This document shows, piece after piece, positions 50,260 to 60,179 of a stretch of 64,000 nt of DNA. Positions within the stretch are counted from its first letter, which is position 1. Each line of letters opens with the position of its first letter. Origin of the DNA: Gemmatimonadales bacterium (GTDB lineage: Bacteria > Gemmatimonadota > Gemmatimonadetes > Gemmatimonadales > GWC2-71-9); contig JBBCJC010000002.1 of the NCBI GenBank assembly GCA_037189525.1, positions 64,001 through 128,000 on the forward strand, in the 5' to 3' direction. The notes below the pieces were generated by a model, which was not told where the DNA came from, ran no database searches, and was given only the letters and a program-made list of their open reading frames with translations. The position numbers were made by a program, and so were the translations under genes.

Positions 50260-51324
50260 ATGGGAATGTCAAACCAGGTGACCGCGCTTCGCACTGCCCT
50301 GCTCGAAGGTGGTGTGATTCCGGCCCATCCCCTGGCACTGACCAGGACCGGCAAGCTCGACGAGCGACACCAGCTGGCCTTGACCCGCTACTACGCTGAC
50401 GCCGGTGTTGCAGGAGTCGCAGTCGGTGTCCACACTACACAATTCGCGATTCGCCGGCGCGGTATCGACCTCTACGGCCCCGTCCTCTCTCTGGCCGCCG
50501 ATGTGATCCGTCGCCGGAAACAAACCGGCCGATTCATCGGCATTGCGGGCATCGTGGGCGATACCCGCCAAGCCGTCCACGAAGCGACCGTGGCCCGCAC
50601 ACTTGGCTATGACGCCGGCCTGCTCAGCTTGGGCGGGCTGGACGACTGGACCGACACCGCCCTCATCCGACATGCCCGCATCGTAGGGGAAGTGCTTCCG
50701 ATCGTCGGCTTCTACCTGCAGCCGGCCGTCGGCGGACGCCAGCTGGGCTACGGGTTCTGGCGCCGGTTCGTGGAGCTCGAGGCGGTGGTTGCCATCAAAG
50801 TCGCCCCATTCGACCGGTACGCCACGATCGATGTGGTGCGTGCCGTGGCCGAATCGGGCCGAGCCGGCGAGATCGCGCTGTACACGGGCAACGACGACGC
50901 CATCATCTCCGATTTGACGACGCCGTTCTGGCTCCGGGACAACCGCGGCGAGTGGCAGACCATCCGCATGCGGGGAGGGCTGCTGGGGCATTGGGCCTAC
51001 TGGACCCGCCGGGCGGTTGAGCTCGTCGATCGATGCCGCGAAGCGGTCGACCAGATCCCCGCCGACATTCTGGCGCTCAGCGCAGCCACGACCGATGCCA
51101 ATGCAGCCATCTTCGATGCCGCCAACGGATATCGGGGGTGCATTCCGGGGATCCATGAGGTCCTGCGGCGGCAGGGACTCCTGGCGACCACGCGATGTCT
51201 CGATGCAGAGGAGCGTCTCTCACCCGGTCAGCGCCGCGAGATCGATCGCGTGCTGACCACATATCCGTTCCTGACCGACGATGCGTTCGTCGCGGAGCAC
51301 CTCGATCGCTGGCTCGATCACTGA
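50260..51324 (+). CDS. Dihydrodipicolinate synthase/NAL-like class I aldolase family
   Basis: VIPA.P, GVHTTQF, FYLQP, Schiff-base Lys in VAIKVA, YTGNDD. Confidence 0.85.
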   Translation: MGMSNQVTALRTALLEGGVIPAHPLALTRTGKLDERHQLALTRYYADAGVAGVAVGVHTTQFAIRRRGIDLYGPVLSLAADVIRRRKQTGRFIGIAGIVGDTRQAVHEATVARTLGYDAGLLSLGGLDDWTDTALIRHARIVGEVLPIVGFYLQPAVGGRQLGYGFWRRFVELEAVVAIKVAPFDRYATIDVVRAVAESGRAGEIALYTGNDDAIISDLTTPFWLRDNRGEWQTIRMRGGLLGHWAYWTRRAVELVDRCREAVDQIPADILALSAATTDANAAIFDAANGYRGCIPGIHEVLRRQGLLATTRCLDAEERLSPGQRREIDRVLTTYPFLTDDAFVAEHLDRWLDH

Positions 51325-52091
51325 CGCTGAAAGCGCCGAGCATTGCCTGCTTCGATGGCCTGGCGGACCTCGCGGGACGTCTCCAGCAGTTCGAGCTTGG
51401 CCACGCTCGACTCGGGAATCCTGAGCGGCATCCCGGTCCCGAAGCAGAATCGCTCCGCACCAACCGTGCGTACCAGGTGCTCGAGATCATCCTGGGGCGG
51501 CCCCCAGAGCCAGCAGATATCCCACAGCACCCGCGCCGCCTCGTCGGGGGTCGAACCGTAGTGGATCTGCTCGACACAGTCCCGGTCGGCGTGGGTCACG
51601 ATGAAACGCGCGCGATCGTTTGACCGAACGAGTCCCCTGATCATGGCCGCCGTCAGGTCGGCACTCCCGTCGTTCGGATGGCGCTGTCGCCCATCCTCCA
51701 GCTTGACCGCCAGGATGATCGGCAGGCCGAGACGGCCGGCCTCCGCCGTAACGGCCGCAACCTCCCCACCAAGCGGCGACACACCATAGAATAGCGGATC
51801 GACTCGCACAGCGGGGGCTCCGCGATCGCAGGCCTCCGCCAGAATATCACGCCAGCCGTCGAGGCCGGGATGCACTGCCGGAACCGGCTTGAGACGATCG
51901 TGCGCCGCTGCGATCCGGTACAGCGTCTCGTTGCCTTCGGTAGGATCGCGCCAGAATACGGCGGGCAGGTTGCCCACCCAGGCCTCGTCGATTCCCGTGC
52001 GGTCCATGGCGCCGAGCAACTGCTCCGGCGCGCCACCTTCGATGCGCCGGAAGGGGTAGTGCCCGACGAAGGCATTGACGTCGATGCGCAT
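51318..52091 (-). CDS. Amidohydrolase 2 fold protein, metal ligands degenerate
   Basis: IDVNAF in place of HxH; GAER..FGTGMP. Confidence 0.75.
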   Translation of the reverse strand: MRIDVNAFVGHYPFRRIEGGAPEQLLGAMDRTGIDEAWVGNLPAVFWRDPTEGNETLYRIAAAHDRLKPVPAVHPGLDGWRDILAEACDRGAPAVRVDPLFYGVSPLGGEVAAVTAEAGRLGLPIILAVKLEDGRQRHPNDGSADLTAAMIRGLVRSNDRARFIVTHADRDCVEQIHYGSTPDEAARVLWDICWLWGPPQDDLEHLVRTVGAERFCFGTGMPLRIPESSVAKLELLETSREVRQAIEAGNARRFQRQ

Positions 52092-52094
52092 GCG

Positions 52095-52892
52095 TCAGAC
52101 TCCGAAGCTGCCGGGTGGAAAGATGCCGACCGCGTTCCGCCAGGCGACCTGCTCGAACTGATCGCCGGGCAGCAGGTGTTCGAGGTATCGCAGCTTGGCC
52201 CAGCCGGTACACAGGGTGAGATCCGCCCCCCAGAGCAGCCGGCCCGTGCCGACCGCCCGCACGCAAGCTTCGAGCATTCCGCCATCGACACCGCTACCGG
52301 ACAGATCGACCATGATGTTGGGCACCGCCCGCACAGCGTGCAAGCTGTGCAGCCAGTCGCCGCCGCCACCGATGTGTGCCAGGATGAAGATGGCGCCGGG
52401 ATGACGCCGAGCCAGGCGCGCGAGTTCGCTCGCGTCCGACGCCTCCTGGCCGGGCCAGTCACGCCGGCGATTCTGCCAGATGTGGTGGAGCACCGGCAAG
52501 CCACGGCGCGAGGCATCGGCCGCGATCGGATCGAGCAACGGGTCGTCGGCCCGCCGACTGGCCGCGAGTTTGACCCCGATCATGCCGGCAGCCGCGCATC
52601 GCTCGATGGCCGCCAGGGCGTGATCGGTATAGTTGGGATTGAGGCAGACGTACCCTTTGATCCTGGTCGGATGGGCTCGGGTCAGGTCGACCAGGAACTC
52701 GTTGGCGATATCGAGGTCACTCTTCGAGGGAAAATAGGTGGGCGATGTGTGCCCCCAGCTGCCCAACACGGACGCGACGTGCCAGCTCACTCCGATGCGG
52801 TCGCCGGCGGCCAGGCGACTCGCGTTACGCGCCGGACCGTCGAGGCGGCCCGACTCCCGGTGATAAAAGTGTGCGTGGACGTCAATCAACAT
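52095..52892 (-). CDS. Amidohydrolase 2 family metal-dependent hydrolase
   Basis: IDVHAH, GVKL, LHH, LAHIG, WGAD. Confidence 0.88.
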   Translation of the reverse strand: MLIDVHAHFYHRESGRLDGPARNASRLAAGDRIGVSWHVASVLGSWGHTSPTYFPSKSDLDIANEFLVDLTRAHPTRIKGYVCLNPNYTDHALAAIERCAAAGMIGVKLAASRRADDPLLDPIAADASRRGLPVLHHIWQNRRRDWPGQEASDASELARLARRHPGAIFILAHIGGGGDWLHSLHAVRAVPNIMVDLSGSGVDGGMLEACVRAVGTGRLLWGADLTLCTGWAKLRYLEHLLPGDQFEQVAWRNAVGIFPPGSFGV

Positions 52893-52925
52893 GCTCGCCC
52901 TTTGGCTGCGTCGAGCGGTTCGCGG

Positions 52926-54086
52926 TCAGTTCGAACGTTCGTCCAGAATAGCCGATACGACCGCCAGACATCGGTCGATATCGGCCTCGGTATGCGCCAG
53001 CGTCACGAAATTGTAGGCGGTCCGTTTGAACAGTACGCCCCGTCGCGCGGCCTCGATGGCCACCTCCGCACCGACGGCGGGATCGTGCCAGGCGAGGTAA
53101 CACATTTCCGGAATGCCGCGCACCTCAGCTACCAGACCGGGATACCGCGTCGCGATGGTCGCAAGCCCGTCATGGAGGCGCCGACCCAGCCGGCCGAGGA
53201 TCGACGGTAGCCCGACGCGGACAGACTCGTCGAGGGCGGCTCCGCCGGCTGCGAGCGCAACGAACTCCGTAGCCAGCGTCGATGAGATCCAGGTGCGCCC
53301 GACCTGATCCATGACGCTTCGGACCCCTGCGACCGCAGCGAGGGGGAATCCGTTGCCGAGGGCTTTGCCATAGACTGCCAGGTCCGGGACGACTCCCCAG
53401 CGCTCGGCTGCCCCACCCAGCGCGACCCGAAATCCCGTTTTGATTTCGTCGAAGACGAGGACAGCTCCGACCCGAGCCGTTTCGTCTCGAAGGACCCGAA
53501 GCCATTCGACCGACGGAGCCCGATCCACGACCGGCTCGATGACCACCGCTGCCAGGACATCAGCACTCTCCCGGATGAAATGTCGCGCCGCCTCGGCGTC
53601 ATCGAACGGCAAGCGCCGAAAATCACGCTGCACAGCAATCGGAACACCCGCCGCCTCGCTGGTCAGGTCGAGCCATCCGTGATAGCCGACCCCAAGCACC
53701 AGATCGCGCCCGGTGGCAGTGCGCGCCAGCCGCACGGCAGCGGCCACCGCCTCGGCCCCGGTCTTGAGGAAACGGACTCTTTCGAGCCAGGGAATCACCT
53801 CGACCAGCCGCGCGGCCAGCGCTTCCTCATCGTGCGGCGCCAGCGAGCCGACGGCGCCGCGCGAAATAGCTTCCTGCGCAGCTGCTACGACCGTGGGATG
53901 AGCATAGCCGAGCGTAACCGCGCCGAGTGCCGCAATGAAATCGAGATAGGCGCGGCCGTCCTCCGCAAACACCTGGGCCCCCTGACTGCGGACCATCCGG
54001 ACCGGCACATCACCGGGAACCTCTGCTCCATAGAGCACGTCGGGCCGCTTGCTTCCCGTCGAGGTCCCGCCGGCAAGACGCGTCAC
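52926..54086 (-). CDS. Class III PLP aminotransferase (GSA-aminomutase-like)
   Basis: GTG 54086 overlaps upstream stop; KTGAEA, YHGW, FDEIKTGFR, GKALGNG. Confidence 0.88.
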   Translation of the reverse strand: MTRLAGGTSTGSKRPDVLYGAEVPGDVPVRMVRSQGAQVFAEDGRAYLDFIAALGAVTLGYAHPTVVAAAQEAISRGAVGSLAPHDEEALAARLVEVIPWLERVRFLKTGAEAVAAAVRLARTATGRDLVLGVGYHGWLDLTSEAAGVPIAVQRDFRRLPFDDAEAARHFIRESADVLAAVVIEPVVDRAPSVEWLRVLRDETARVGAVLVFDEIKTGFRVALGGAAERWGVVPDLAVYGKALGNGFPLAAVAGVRSVMDQVGRTWISSTLATEFVALAAGGAALDESVRVGLPSILGRLGRRLHDGLATIATRYPGLVAEVRGIPEMCYLAWHDPAVGAEVAIEAARRGVLFKRTAYNFVTLAHTEADIDRCLAVVSAILDERSN

Positions 54087-56788
54087 GCCAGACTCAACAG
54101 ACCCCACGAGGTGTCCGCGCGGCGGTCTCCACGCAGGTAAATCCATCCCCCCCCGCCGCCCCAGGCCAGCTGCCCTGCGCGCCTGACGCGGTCCTCGCGC
54201 ATCTCGTTGATGCAGACGTCGAACGCAAGGGTGGAACGATCGGGAGCCGGGCTCAGTCCGTCGCAGGGCAGCGCGACGGTCACCACATAGCCGTCGTCGG
54301 TCCGCTCGGATGCGCCCGTCAGTTCAACCAGCTTCGTTGCGGAGCCGGGGATGGAACGCGCGATGACCCCGCCGGTCTCGGTCGGCCGGATCAGATAGGC
54401 CCGCGCCTCTCCGGTCGACGTCCGGTAGTACACCTGGATCCCGTCGGAGTGGATATCGTCCTGCTCATTGTCGAGATCGAGCGGCGGAGCGTCAGCACCT
54501 CGGACTAGAAAGTCCGGCTTAGTGACCACGACTGCGAGATACAAGTGCTGCAGATCCGAGTTCACGTATGCGGTCGCGCTGAACTGCCCGGGGTCCTGAT
54601 AGGGCTCCTCGCTCCGCAGATAGTGCCCCTCATCGCCCATCTCGAGCGGGGCGCTGGTGTCGAAACCGTCCAGCGTGCCGTCGAGCGCCGGTGCGGCATC
54701 GATCTGGATCACATGCCCTTCCGCCCGAAGCGGCCGTTCGGCCATCAATCGCTTTGCCGGCGGCGTGGTAGATACGCTCCCGCCCAACGTGGTACCGCCC
54801 CCTGGAGATTCGATCGTGATCGCACCGGAAGCGAGTCGGATCGTGGTGGCCCCAGCGGGCTCGACCACGACCACACGGTCAGTTCCGACCCGGACTTCCT
54901 GCACCGTACCCTTCAGATCCAGCACTACCGCAAGCCGAGCATTGGCGCCACGAGCCCGAACCAGATAAAACAGCCGCTCCGCCTCACCTGGACGGCCGGG
55001 AGCCTTCGCCCTGACCACTTCGCCCCCGACCAGATGGAGCCGCAAGGTACGATTGCCCTGCGTAGCAGTGATCACGACATCGGTTCCCTTGGCCACGACC
55101 AGCCGCTCCGGGCTCCGCACGAACTCGTGCTGCCATTCGATCGGCTCCCACTGGCCGGGTGTCTCGATCGTGGTATCGCCACTCAGATGCCAGGGCAGCC
55201 AGAGATTCCGCTCCGCCGTTCCCTCCAGGTCGACCAGATCGAGCACCCAGGTCGGACCCGATACCACGGTCCGACGCAGGGAGCCGTACTCGGCCGCAAT
55301 CCAGCCCCAGTCGCCCTTGTCTTCGAATGATGCGCAGCGAGCATCGCCCGGCGGCTGTGACACGCCATCCAGAAACGGCGCGTTATGCGCCAGCGTCGAC
55401 CGATACCAGAACAGGTCTCGCGTCACATACGACCCGGTACCCGGATCGGCCAGCCAGTGCACCCCGTCGGCATGGAGGGTGAGATGAAGCCGGTCCGGAT
55501 GATCATGACCTCCCGCGAACCGGCCGCACTCGAGCCCCAGATAGCGCGAACCGCGCCTGAGCACGGCGACGCCCTGCTGCTGGAGCAATGCGCTGCCGGA
55601 CTCGAGCGCGTCCGGAGCTTCCGGCAGCGCGGGCGCCATACCCCACAACATCCACCACGACAGGTCGGCACGCCCCGTCCCGGCGCGCGCCGGCTCGCCG
55701 GCATCGTGCAGATACGCGTCGTAGGTGAGCGCCGGGCTGTGCGGCAAGCGGTAGAGCGTGGCAATCCAGGCCGGTAGCTCCTCCGGCGCGTCCTCACCAA
55801 GCAGGGCCAGTCCCATCTCCCAGCATTCGAGATATGCCGGATGCGCCAGCGATACCCCGAACCGCGAATCTTTGCGCGCGGGAAAGGTGAAATCGGGCAG
55901 TGCCGTGGCCACCGGCGCCATCAAGGCTCGGCCCAGCTGCCCCCGAAGCCTGGGATCCTCCAGGAGGTCAGCGCCGAGCACCTGCGCCCAGAAGAGTCCG
56001 GTCAGCAAGCCGCGCACGGCAAAGAGATGGTAGTTCTCTCCCTCGGCCCACATCCCGTCGTCACCGAATCCGTCGGTGAGATGGCCCAGAATGCCGGTAC
56101 GACCGGCAATGGCCGACTGGGCCAGGTCTTCGTCTCCGAACCAGGCCGCAATGGCCACGAGAGCGGCGCTGTTCCAGACCTGCCGATTGCTCGTCCCTTC
56201 ATCGAACTCGCCGATCAGCTGCGCGGCTTCATCGGCAATACTCCCGACCGCTTCGATCTCTTCCTCGCTGAGCCAGCCCTTTTCTCTGAGGATGAAGGCC
56301 GCGGCCAGATAGTTGAGGATCCAGATCGACTCGAGATAGGTCGAAAAGAAGAGATGACTCGGCCCCAGGACATTGTCGCGATTGGGAAACGCGTGGTACC
56401 GGTCGAAATAGAACGCGAGTAACTCTCGGGCCCGATCAGCGGCGCGCTCATCGTCCGTAAAGGCGGCGACCGTCGCGAGATGTGCCGCGCGCTCCGCCAC
56501 CCAGAGGTGCTGCGCCCGAGCCCAGTGCGCGTAGTGCCGTTCTCCGGTAGCGACACGACCGGACCCGAAGGCCCGATGCTCGTTCGGACGATAGGGATCG
56601 AACTCGAGTTGCTCGCCGGTTTCCGGATGCACGCCACCCGAGACCGACATCGTCGCCTTGAGGTCCGGCAACGGCGGCAGGCGCTCGATCAGCGGTTCCG
56701 CCCGTTCGGCCAGCCGGGCCAACAGGGCGGCGAGGTCACCGGTCTCGGCCAGGGCGCGGCGCGCCTCGAGGGATTCGATCGTTACCAC
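54083..56788 (-). CDS. Heparinase II/III (oligo-alginate lyase-like) protein with C-terminal CBM9-like domain
   Basis: AGGAG plus GTG 56788; SNRQVWN, DG.W.EG..YH, GHDHPD, DPG..SY, STLAHN; C-terminal P.LDG.LD...LYLAV.V. Confidence 0.82.
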   Translation of the reverse strand: MVTIESLEARRALAETGDLAALLARLAERAEPLIERLPPLPDLKATMSVSGGVHPETGEQLEFDPYRPNEHRAFGSGRVATGERHYAHWARAQHLWVAERAAHLATVAAFTDDERAADRARELLAFYFDRYHAFPNRDNVLGPSHLFFSTYLESIWILNYLAAAFILREKGWLSEEEIEAVGSIADEAAQLIGEFDEGTSNRQVWNSAALVAIAAWFGDEDLAQSAIAGRTGILGHLTDGFGDDGMWAEGENYHLFAVRGLLTGLFWAQVLGADLLEDPRLRGQLGRALMAPVATALPDFTFPARKDSRFGVSLAHPAYLECWEMGLALLGEDAPEELPAWIATLYRLPHSPALTYDAYLHDAGEPARAGTGRADLSWWMLWGMAPALPEAPDALESGSALLQQQGVAVLRRGSRYLGLECGRFAGGHDHPDRLHLTLHADGVHWLADPGTGSYVTRDLFWYRSTLAHNAPFLDGVSQPPGDARCASFEDKGDWGWIAAEYGSLRRTVVSGPTWVLDLVDLEGTAERNLWLPWHLSGDTTIETPGQWEPIEWQHEFVRSPERLVVAKGTDVVITATQGNRTLRLHLVGGEVVRAKAPGRPGEAERLFYLVRARGANARLAVVLDLKGTVQEVRVGTDRVVVVEPAGATTIRLASGAITIESPGGGTTLGGSVSTTPPAKRLMAERPLRAEGHVIQIDAAPALDGTLDGFDTSAPLEMGDEGHYLRSEEPYQDPGQFSATAYVNSDLQHLYLAVVVTKPDFLVRGADAPPLDLDNEQDDIHSDGIQVYYRTSTGEARAYLIRPTETGGVIARSIPGSATKLVELTGASERTDDGYVVTVALPCDGLSPAPDRSTLAFDVCINEMREDRVRRAGQLAWGGGGGWIYLRGDRRADTSWGLLSLA

Positions 56789-57771
56789 ACGCGGACTCCT
56801 TCTGATGCCCAGCTGACGGGCAGATAGGCAACATCCCGAACCGAGGCGCGCGCGGATGCGGCTCGCGCCGGGTCGTCGAACACAAAGAACATCGTTCCTC
56901 CCGCACCCGACCCGGCGGCCTTGCCACCCAAAGCTCCCGCCTCTTTCATCGCCTGTTCCAGCGCAGCCATCGACGTGGTGCACATACCGTCATCCAGTTC
57001 CTGCTGCATGGCCCAATTGCGTTCTACCAATCGGGCAATCTCACCCACATCGCCGCGCTCCAGGGCCGGCACGAGGCGGTCGGCCAGATCGACCATCTCA
57101 CGCAGCGCGCCGACGACCCGGGTGTCACCCGCTGCATAACGGGACATCACGCGCGCGATGGTCCGGCCGGATAGCCGGGATTCGTCGGTATGGCACAGCA
57201 GGATCGACTTTGCCAGGTGATCGGCAAATCCGGCCGGCAGCGCGATCGGCGCAGCTGTCACCTCGTCACCGCTGAAAGTCAGGTGATGAAAGCCGCCTAG
57301 GGCCGCCGCAAACTGATCCTGCTTCCCCCCCGGGATGCCCAGCTGCCGTACCTCCAGATCCCAGGCACGATGGGCCAACTCGGTCGCGGAGGGAAAACGG
57401 CCCAGCGCGCGTTCCAGCGCAGCCACCAGCGCCACATCCATGCCGCCGGAGCTGCCCAGGCCCAATCCCGACGGGGCATCGGAGCGGGTCAGCAAGCGGC
57501 AGGGGCCTGGCCGGTACATCCGCACGGCGGCTTTGAGCAGATCGAGATCGCCGTTGGGCGTCAGGGTTGCCATGTTGGGGATCTCGACCGACCGGCCCAT
57601 CTCTTCCGATTCGAGCCGGAAACTCTCGCCGCCGAGTTGCAGCGTGACCTGGGCGCGAAGCTCGATGGCGGCGTTGACCACCGCGCCGCGCTCGTGATCG
57701 GTAAACGGCGCCACATCGGTCCAGCCGCCGGCAAAGTCGAGCCGTACCGGGGCCGAGCTTCGGATCATCAT
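56782..57771 (-). CDS. GHMP family sugar kinase (HddA/fucokinase-like)
   Basis: APVRLDFAGGWTD, PSGLGLGSSG, GGKQDQ, GK..GSGAGG. Confidence 0.9.
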   Translation of the reverse strand: MMIRSSAPVRLDFAGGWTDVAPFTDHERGAVVNAAIELRAQVTLQLGGESFRLESEEMGRSVEIPNMATLTPNGDLDLLKAAVRMYRPGPCRLLTRSDAPSGLGLGSSGGMDVALVAALERALGRFPSATELAHRAWDLEVRQLGIPGGKQDQFAAALGGFHHLTFSGDEVTAAPIALPAGFADHLAKSILLCHTDESRLSGRTIARVMSRYAAGDTRVVGALREMVDLADRLVPALERGDVGEIARLVERNWAMQQELDDGMCTTSMAALEQAMKEAGALGGKAAGSGAGGTMFFVFDDPARAASARASVRDVAYLPVSWASEGVRVW

Positions 57772-59195
57772 CGAATCCGCCATTGCATCAGGGTGGCGAG
57801 TTCACCTCGCAGGTCCATCCGCACTCCGGTAATCCGACGATTCATCCCCTGGACTCCGCGTGCATGATAGAGGAACGTGGCGGGCACCGAATCGCCGTAT
57901 ACGGGCAGCAGCGCGGCGCCGTCTCCCGTCGCGGTCACGCCGGACAGGTCGAGCAGCGATCGAAGGTAGCCCAGTTGCAGATCGCCGGAAATACCCATCA
58001 TGGCGACATCGAAGTCACGCGCGCCCTGGACCCGTTCCAGAAAAGTCGCGAGTTCGAGTTGCCGAATGGTCACCTGGATATGGATGCGACCGAGTTGCTG
58101 CTGAATCAGCTGCTCCAGTGCCGCTTCGCCGCTGCCCACCGTCAACAGTTCGAAACGGAGCGAATCACCGAGCAGCACCCGAGACCGGCCTGGCGCATAC
58201 AGCGCCGGAACCTGGTCCGGCTCGAGTTCCGGAGGCAGCGGCCCGGCCGCCGGACTCGCAAACCCGAAGGTATAGCCCGCCACGATGGCCATCCGATCGA
58301 CGGCCATCGCGATCGCGCGCCGGACTTCGACCCGATCGAAGGGCGCTCGGCGCGCATTGAAGACCAGCGCCTGGCTGAACAGCAGCGGATAGTCCAGCAC
58401 CTCGAGTTGCGGATCCCGCCGGACGAAGTCGGCATGCGCCGGCTGGATGCCGGCAAAATCCAACTCGGTCGAAGCGAGCGCCGCCAGCTTGGTCATCGGT
58501 TCGTCGACCACGGCCACCACCAGCCGGTCGATGCCCGGCCGGCCGCCGAGCGCTGGAGGAAATGCGGGATTGGCCTCGAAGACCCAGCGGCGGTTGGGCT
58601 CATGGCGTACGAAACGGAACGGCCCGTTCCCGACGGGCCACTGATTCCAGTCGGCTCGGCGCATCTCGGCGGGCAGGGTGCCGGACAGCAGATGTTCGGG
58701 TAGGATGGCCAGATCGGTCAGGACATCCGGGATCCGGCGCTGGGGCCGATGGAACTGCAGCGACAGGGTGGTATCATCGAGCGCCACGGCATCGATCAGG
58801 TCGCGGAGATCATTCCGCCGCGGATACCCCGTCGTCGAGTCCTGCGCCACCATGAGCGTAAATGCGGCATCGTTGGCCGTGGTCGGGCGCCCGTCGTGCC
58901 ACTTGAGGTGGGGATAGAGGTACAGCGTCAGGATGGTCCCGCCGGCCGACCACTGCCAGCGCCGGGCCAGGTAGGGTTCGACCGCCATGGCGCTGTCATA
59001 CCGGACCAGGGTGGTCAGCAGCGCGTATCGCTGCACCTGCTTGGCAAAGGGGTGGCTCGTCACCACCGCATTCATGCTCTGGAGGTCGGCGCCGGACGCC
59101 ATGATGACGGTCCCCGGGCGGCGCGACTCCGACGATCCGCACCCCGCGAGGAGCAAGCCCCAAAGGGCAGCCGACAGCAGCAAGCGACTTGGCAC
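57768..59195 (-). CDS. ABC substrate-binding lipoprotein, family 5 (peptide/nickel type)
   Basis: Lipobox LAGC; KWHDG.P.TA.D; PVGNGPF; VRRAIA.A.DR. Confidence 0.9.
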   Translation of the reverse strand: MPSRLLLSAALWGLLLAGCGSSESRRPGTVIMASGADLQSMNAVVTSHPFAKQVQRYALLTTLVRYDSAMAVEPYLARRWQWSAGGTILTLYLYPHLKWHDGRPTTANDAAFTLMVAQDSTTGYPRRNDLRDLIDAVALDDTTLSLQFHRPQRRIPDVLTDLAILPEHLLSGTLPAEMRRADWNQWPVGNGPFRFVRHEPNRRWVFEANPAFPPALGGRPGIDRLVVAVVDEPMTKLAALASTELDFAGIQPAHADFVRRDPQLEVLDYPLLFSQALVFNARRAPFDRVEVRRAIAMAVDRMAIVAGYTFGFASPAAGPLPPELEPDQVPALYAPGRSRVLLGDSLRFELLTVGSGEAALEQLIQQQLGRIHIQVTIRQLELATFLERVQGARDFDVAMMGISGDLQLGYLRSLLDLSGVTATGDGAALLPVYGDSVPATFLYHARGVQGMNRRITGVRMDLRGELATLMQWRIR

Positions 59196-59216
59196 GCCTT
59201 GAATTTAGATTCCTTC

Positions 59217-60179
59217 ATGCCGCGAGGCTTCCAGTTCGGCATGATCCGCGCCCCGCTCGTCGTCCTGGGCGTCGTGACGCTGACGTTCGCCCTGCTCAGG
59301 GCCGCGCCGGGAGATCCGGTCGCCTACCTGCTCGGCCCCAACGCGACCCCGGCCGAGTTGGCGGCCGTGCGCAGTGCGATGGGGCTGGATCAACCGATCG
59401 GCGAGCAATACATCCGCTGGATCGGGCGGGCCGTTCGCGCCGATTTCGGGACCAGCCTCGCTACCGGCCGCCCGGTCGGCCGGATGATCTGGGAGGCCTG
59501 GCCGGCCACCGCCATCCTGGTCGGCCTTTCCATCCTGCTCAGCTACCTGATCGGCATTGCCGTCGCGGCCGTCCAGGCCACGACGACACGCCGCGCCGTC
59601 GACGGATTCTGGTCCGGCGTGTCGATCGTGCTGGCCGCGCTGCCCGGCTACTGGCTCGCGTTCGTGCTGATCATGGTCTTTACCTATGCGCTGGGCTGGC
59701 TCCCTGCCTTCGGGGCCGCGGGCCTCGATGCCGATTTTCTGTCGTCCGGTGCGCGCCTGGCCGATCGGCTGAATCATCTGGCCCTGCCGCTTGCCACGCT
59801 GACGCTGATCGGGATCGGCACCACGGCCCGCTATACCCGCGGCACCCTTCGGACCGTCGCGACCGAACCGTATCTCATGCTGGCCCGCGCCAAAGGCGCC
59901 GGATTCTGGCGCGTCTTGTTGCGACACCACCTGCGCAACGGACTGATCCCGGTCGTCACCCTGCTCGGCCTGTCCCTGCCGGCGCTGTTTTCGGGCGCCG
60001 TGTTCGTCGAAGGGGTCTTTGCCTGGCCCGGCATCGGATCGGTCCTGATCCAGGCCGTCCAGGCGCGCGACTATCCGGTCGTCATGGCGGCCACCACGAT
60101 CAGCGCCATCATGGTGGTGCTGGGAAGTGTGGCCGCCGAGGTGCTGCTCCACCGGGTCGACCCGCGAGCCCGATCGTGA
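59217..60179 (+). CDS. ABC permease DppB/OppB-like
   Basis: PGDP, GLDQP...QY, DFGTS, ARAKG, RDYP, DPR. Confidence 0.92.
   Translation: MPRGFQFGMIRAPLVVLGVVTLTFALLRAAPGDPVAYLLGPNATPAELAAVRSAMGLDQPIGEQYIRWIGRAVRADFGTSLATGRPVGRMIWEAWPATAILVGLSILLSYLIGIAVAAVQATTTRRAVDGFWSGVSIVLAALPGYWLAFVLIMVFTYALGWLPAFGAAGLDADFLSSGARLADRLNHLALPLATLTLIGIGTTARYTRGTLRTVATEPYLMLARAKGAGFWRVLLRHHLRNGLIPVVTLLGLSLPALFSGAVFVEGVFAWPGIGSVLIQAVQARDYPVVMAATTISAIMVVLGSVAAEVLLHRVDPRARS

Noticed and set aside
52926..54086. Calling the aminotransferase hemL
   Set aside because: Shorter and divergent from HemL, and embedded in a sugar-enzyme operon; family-level call only.
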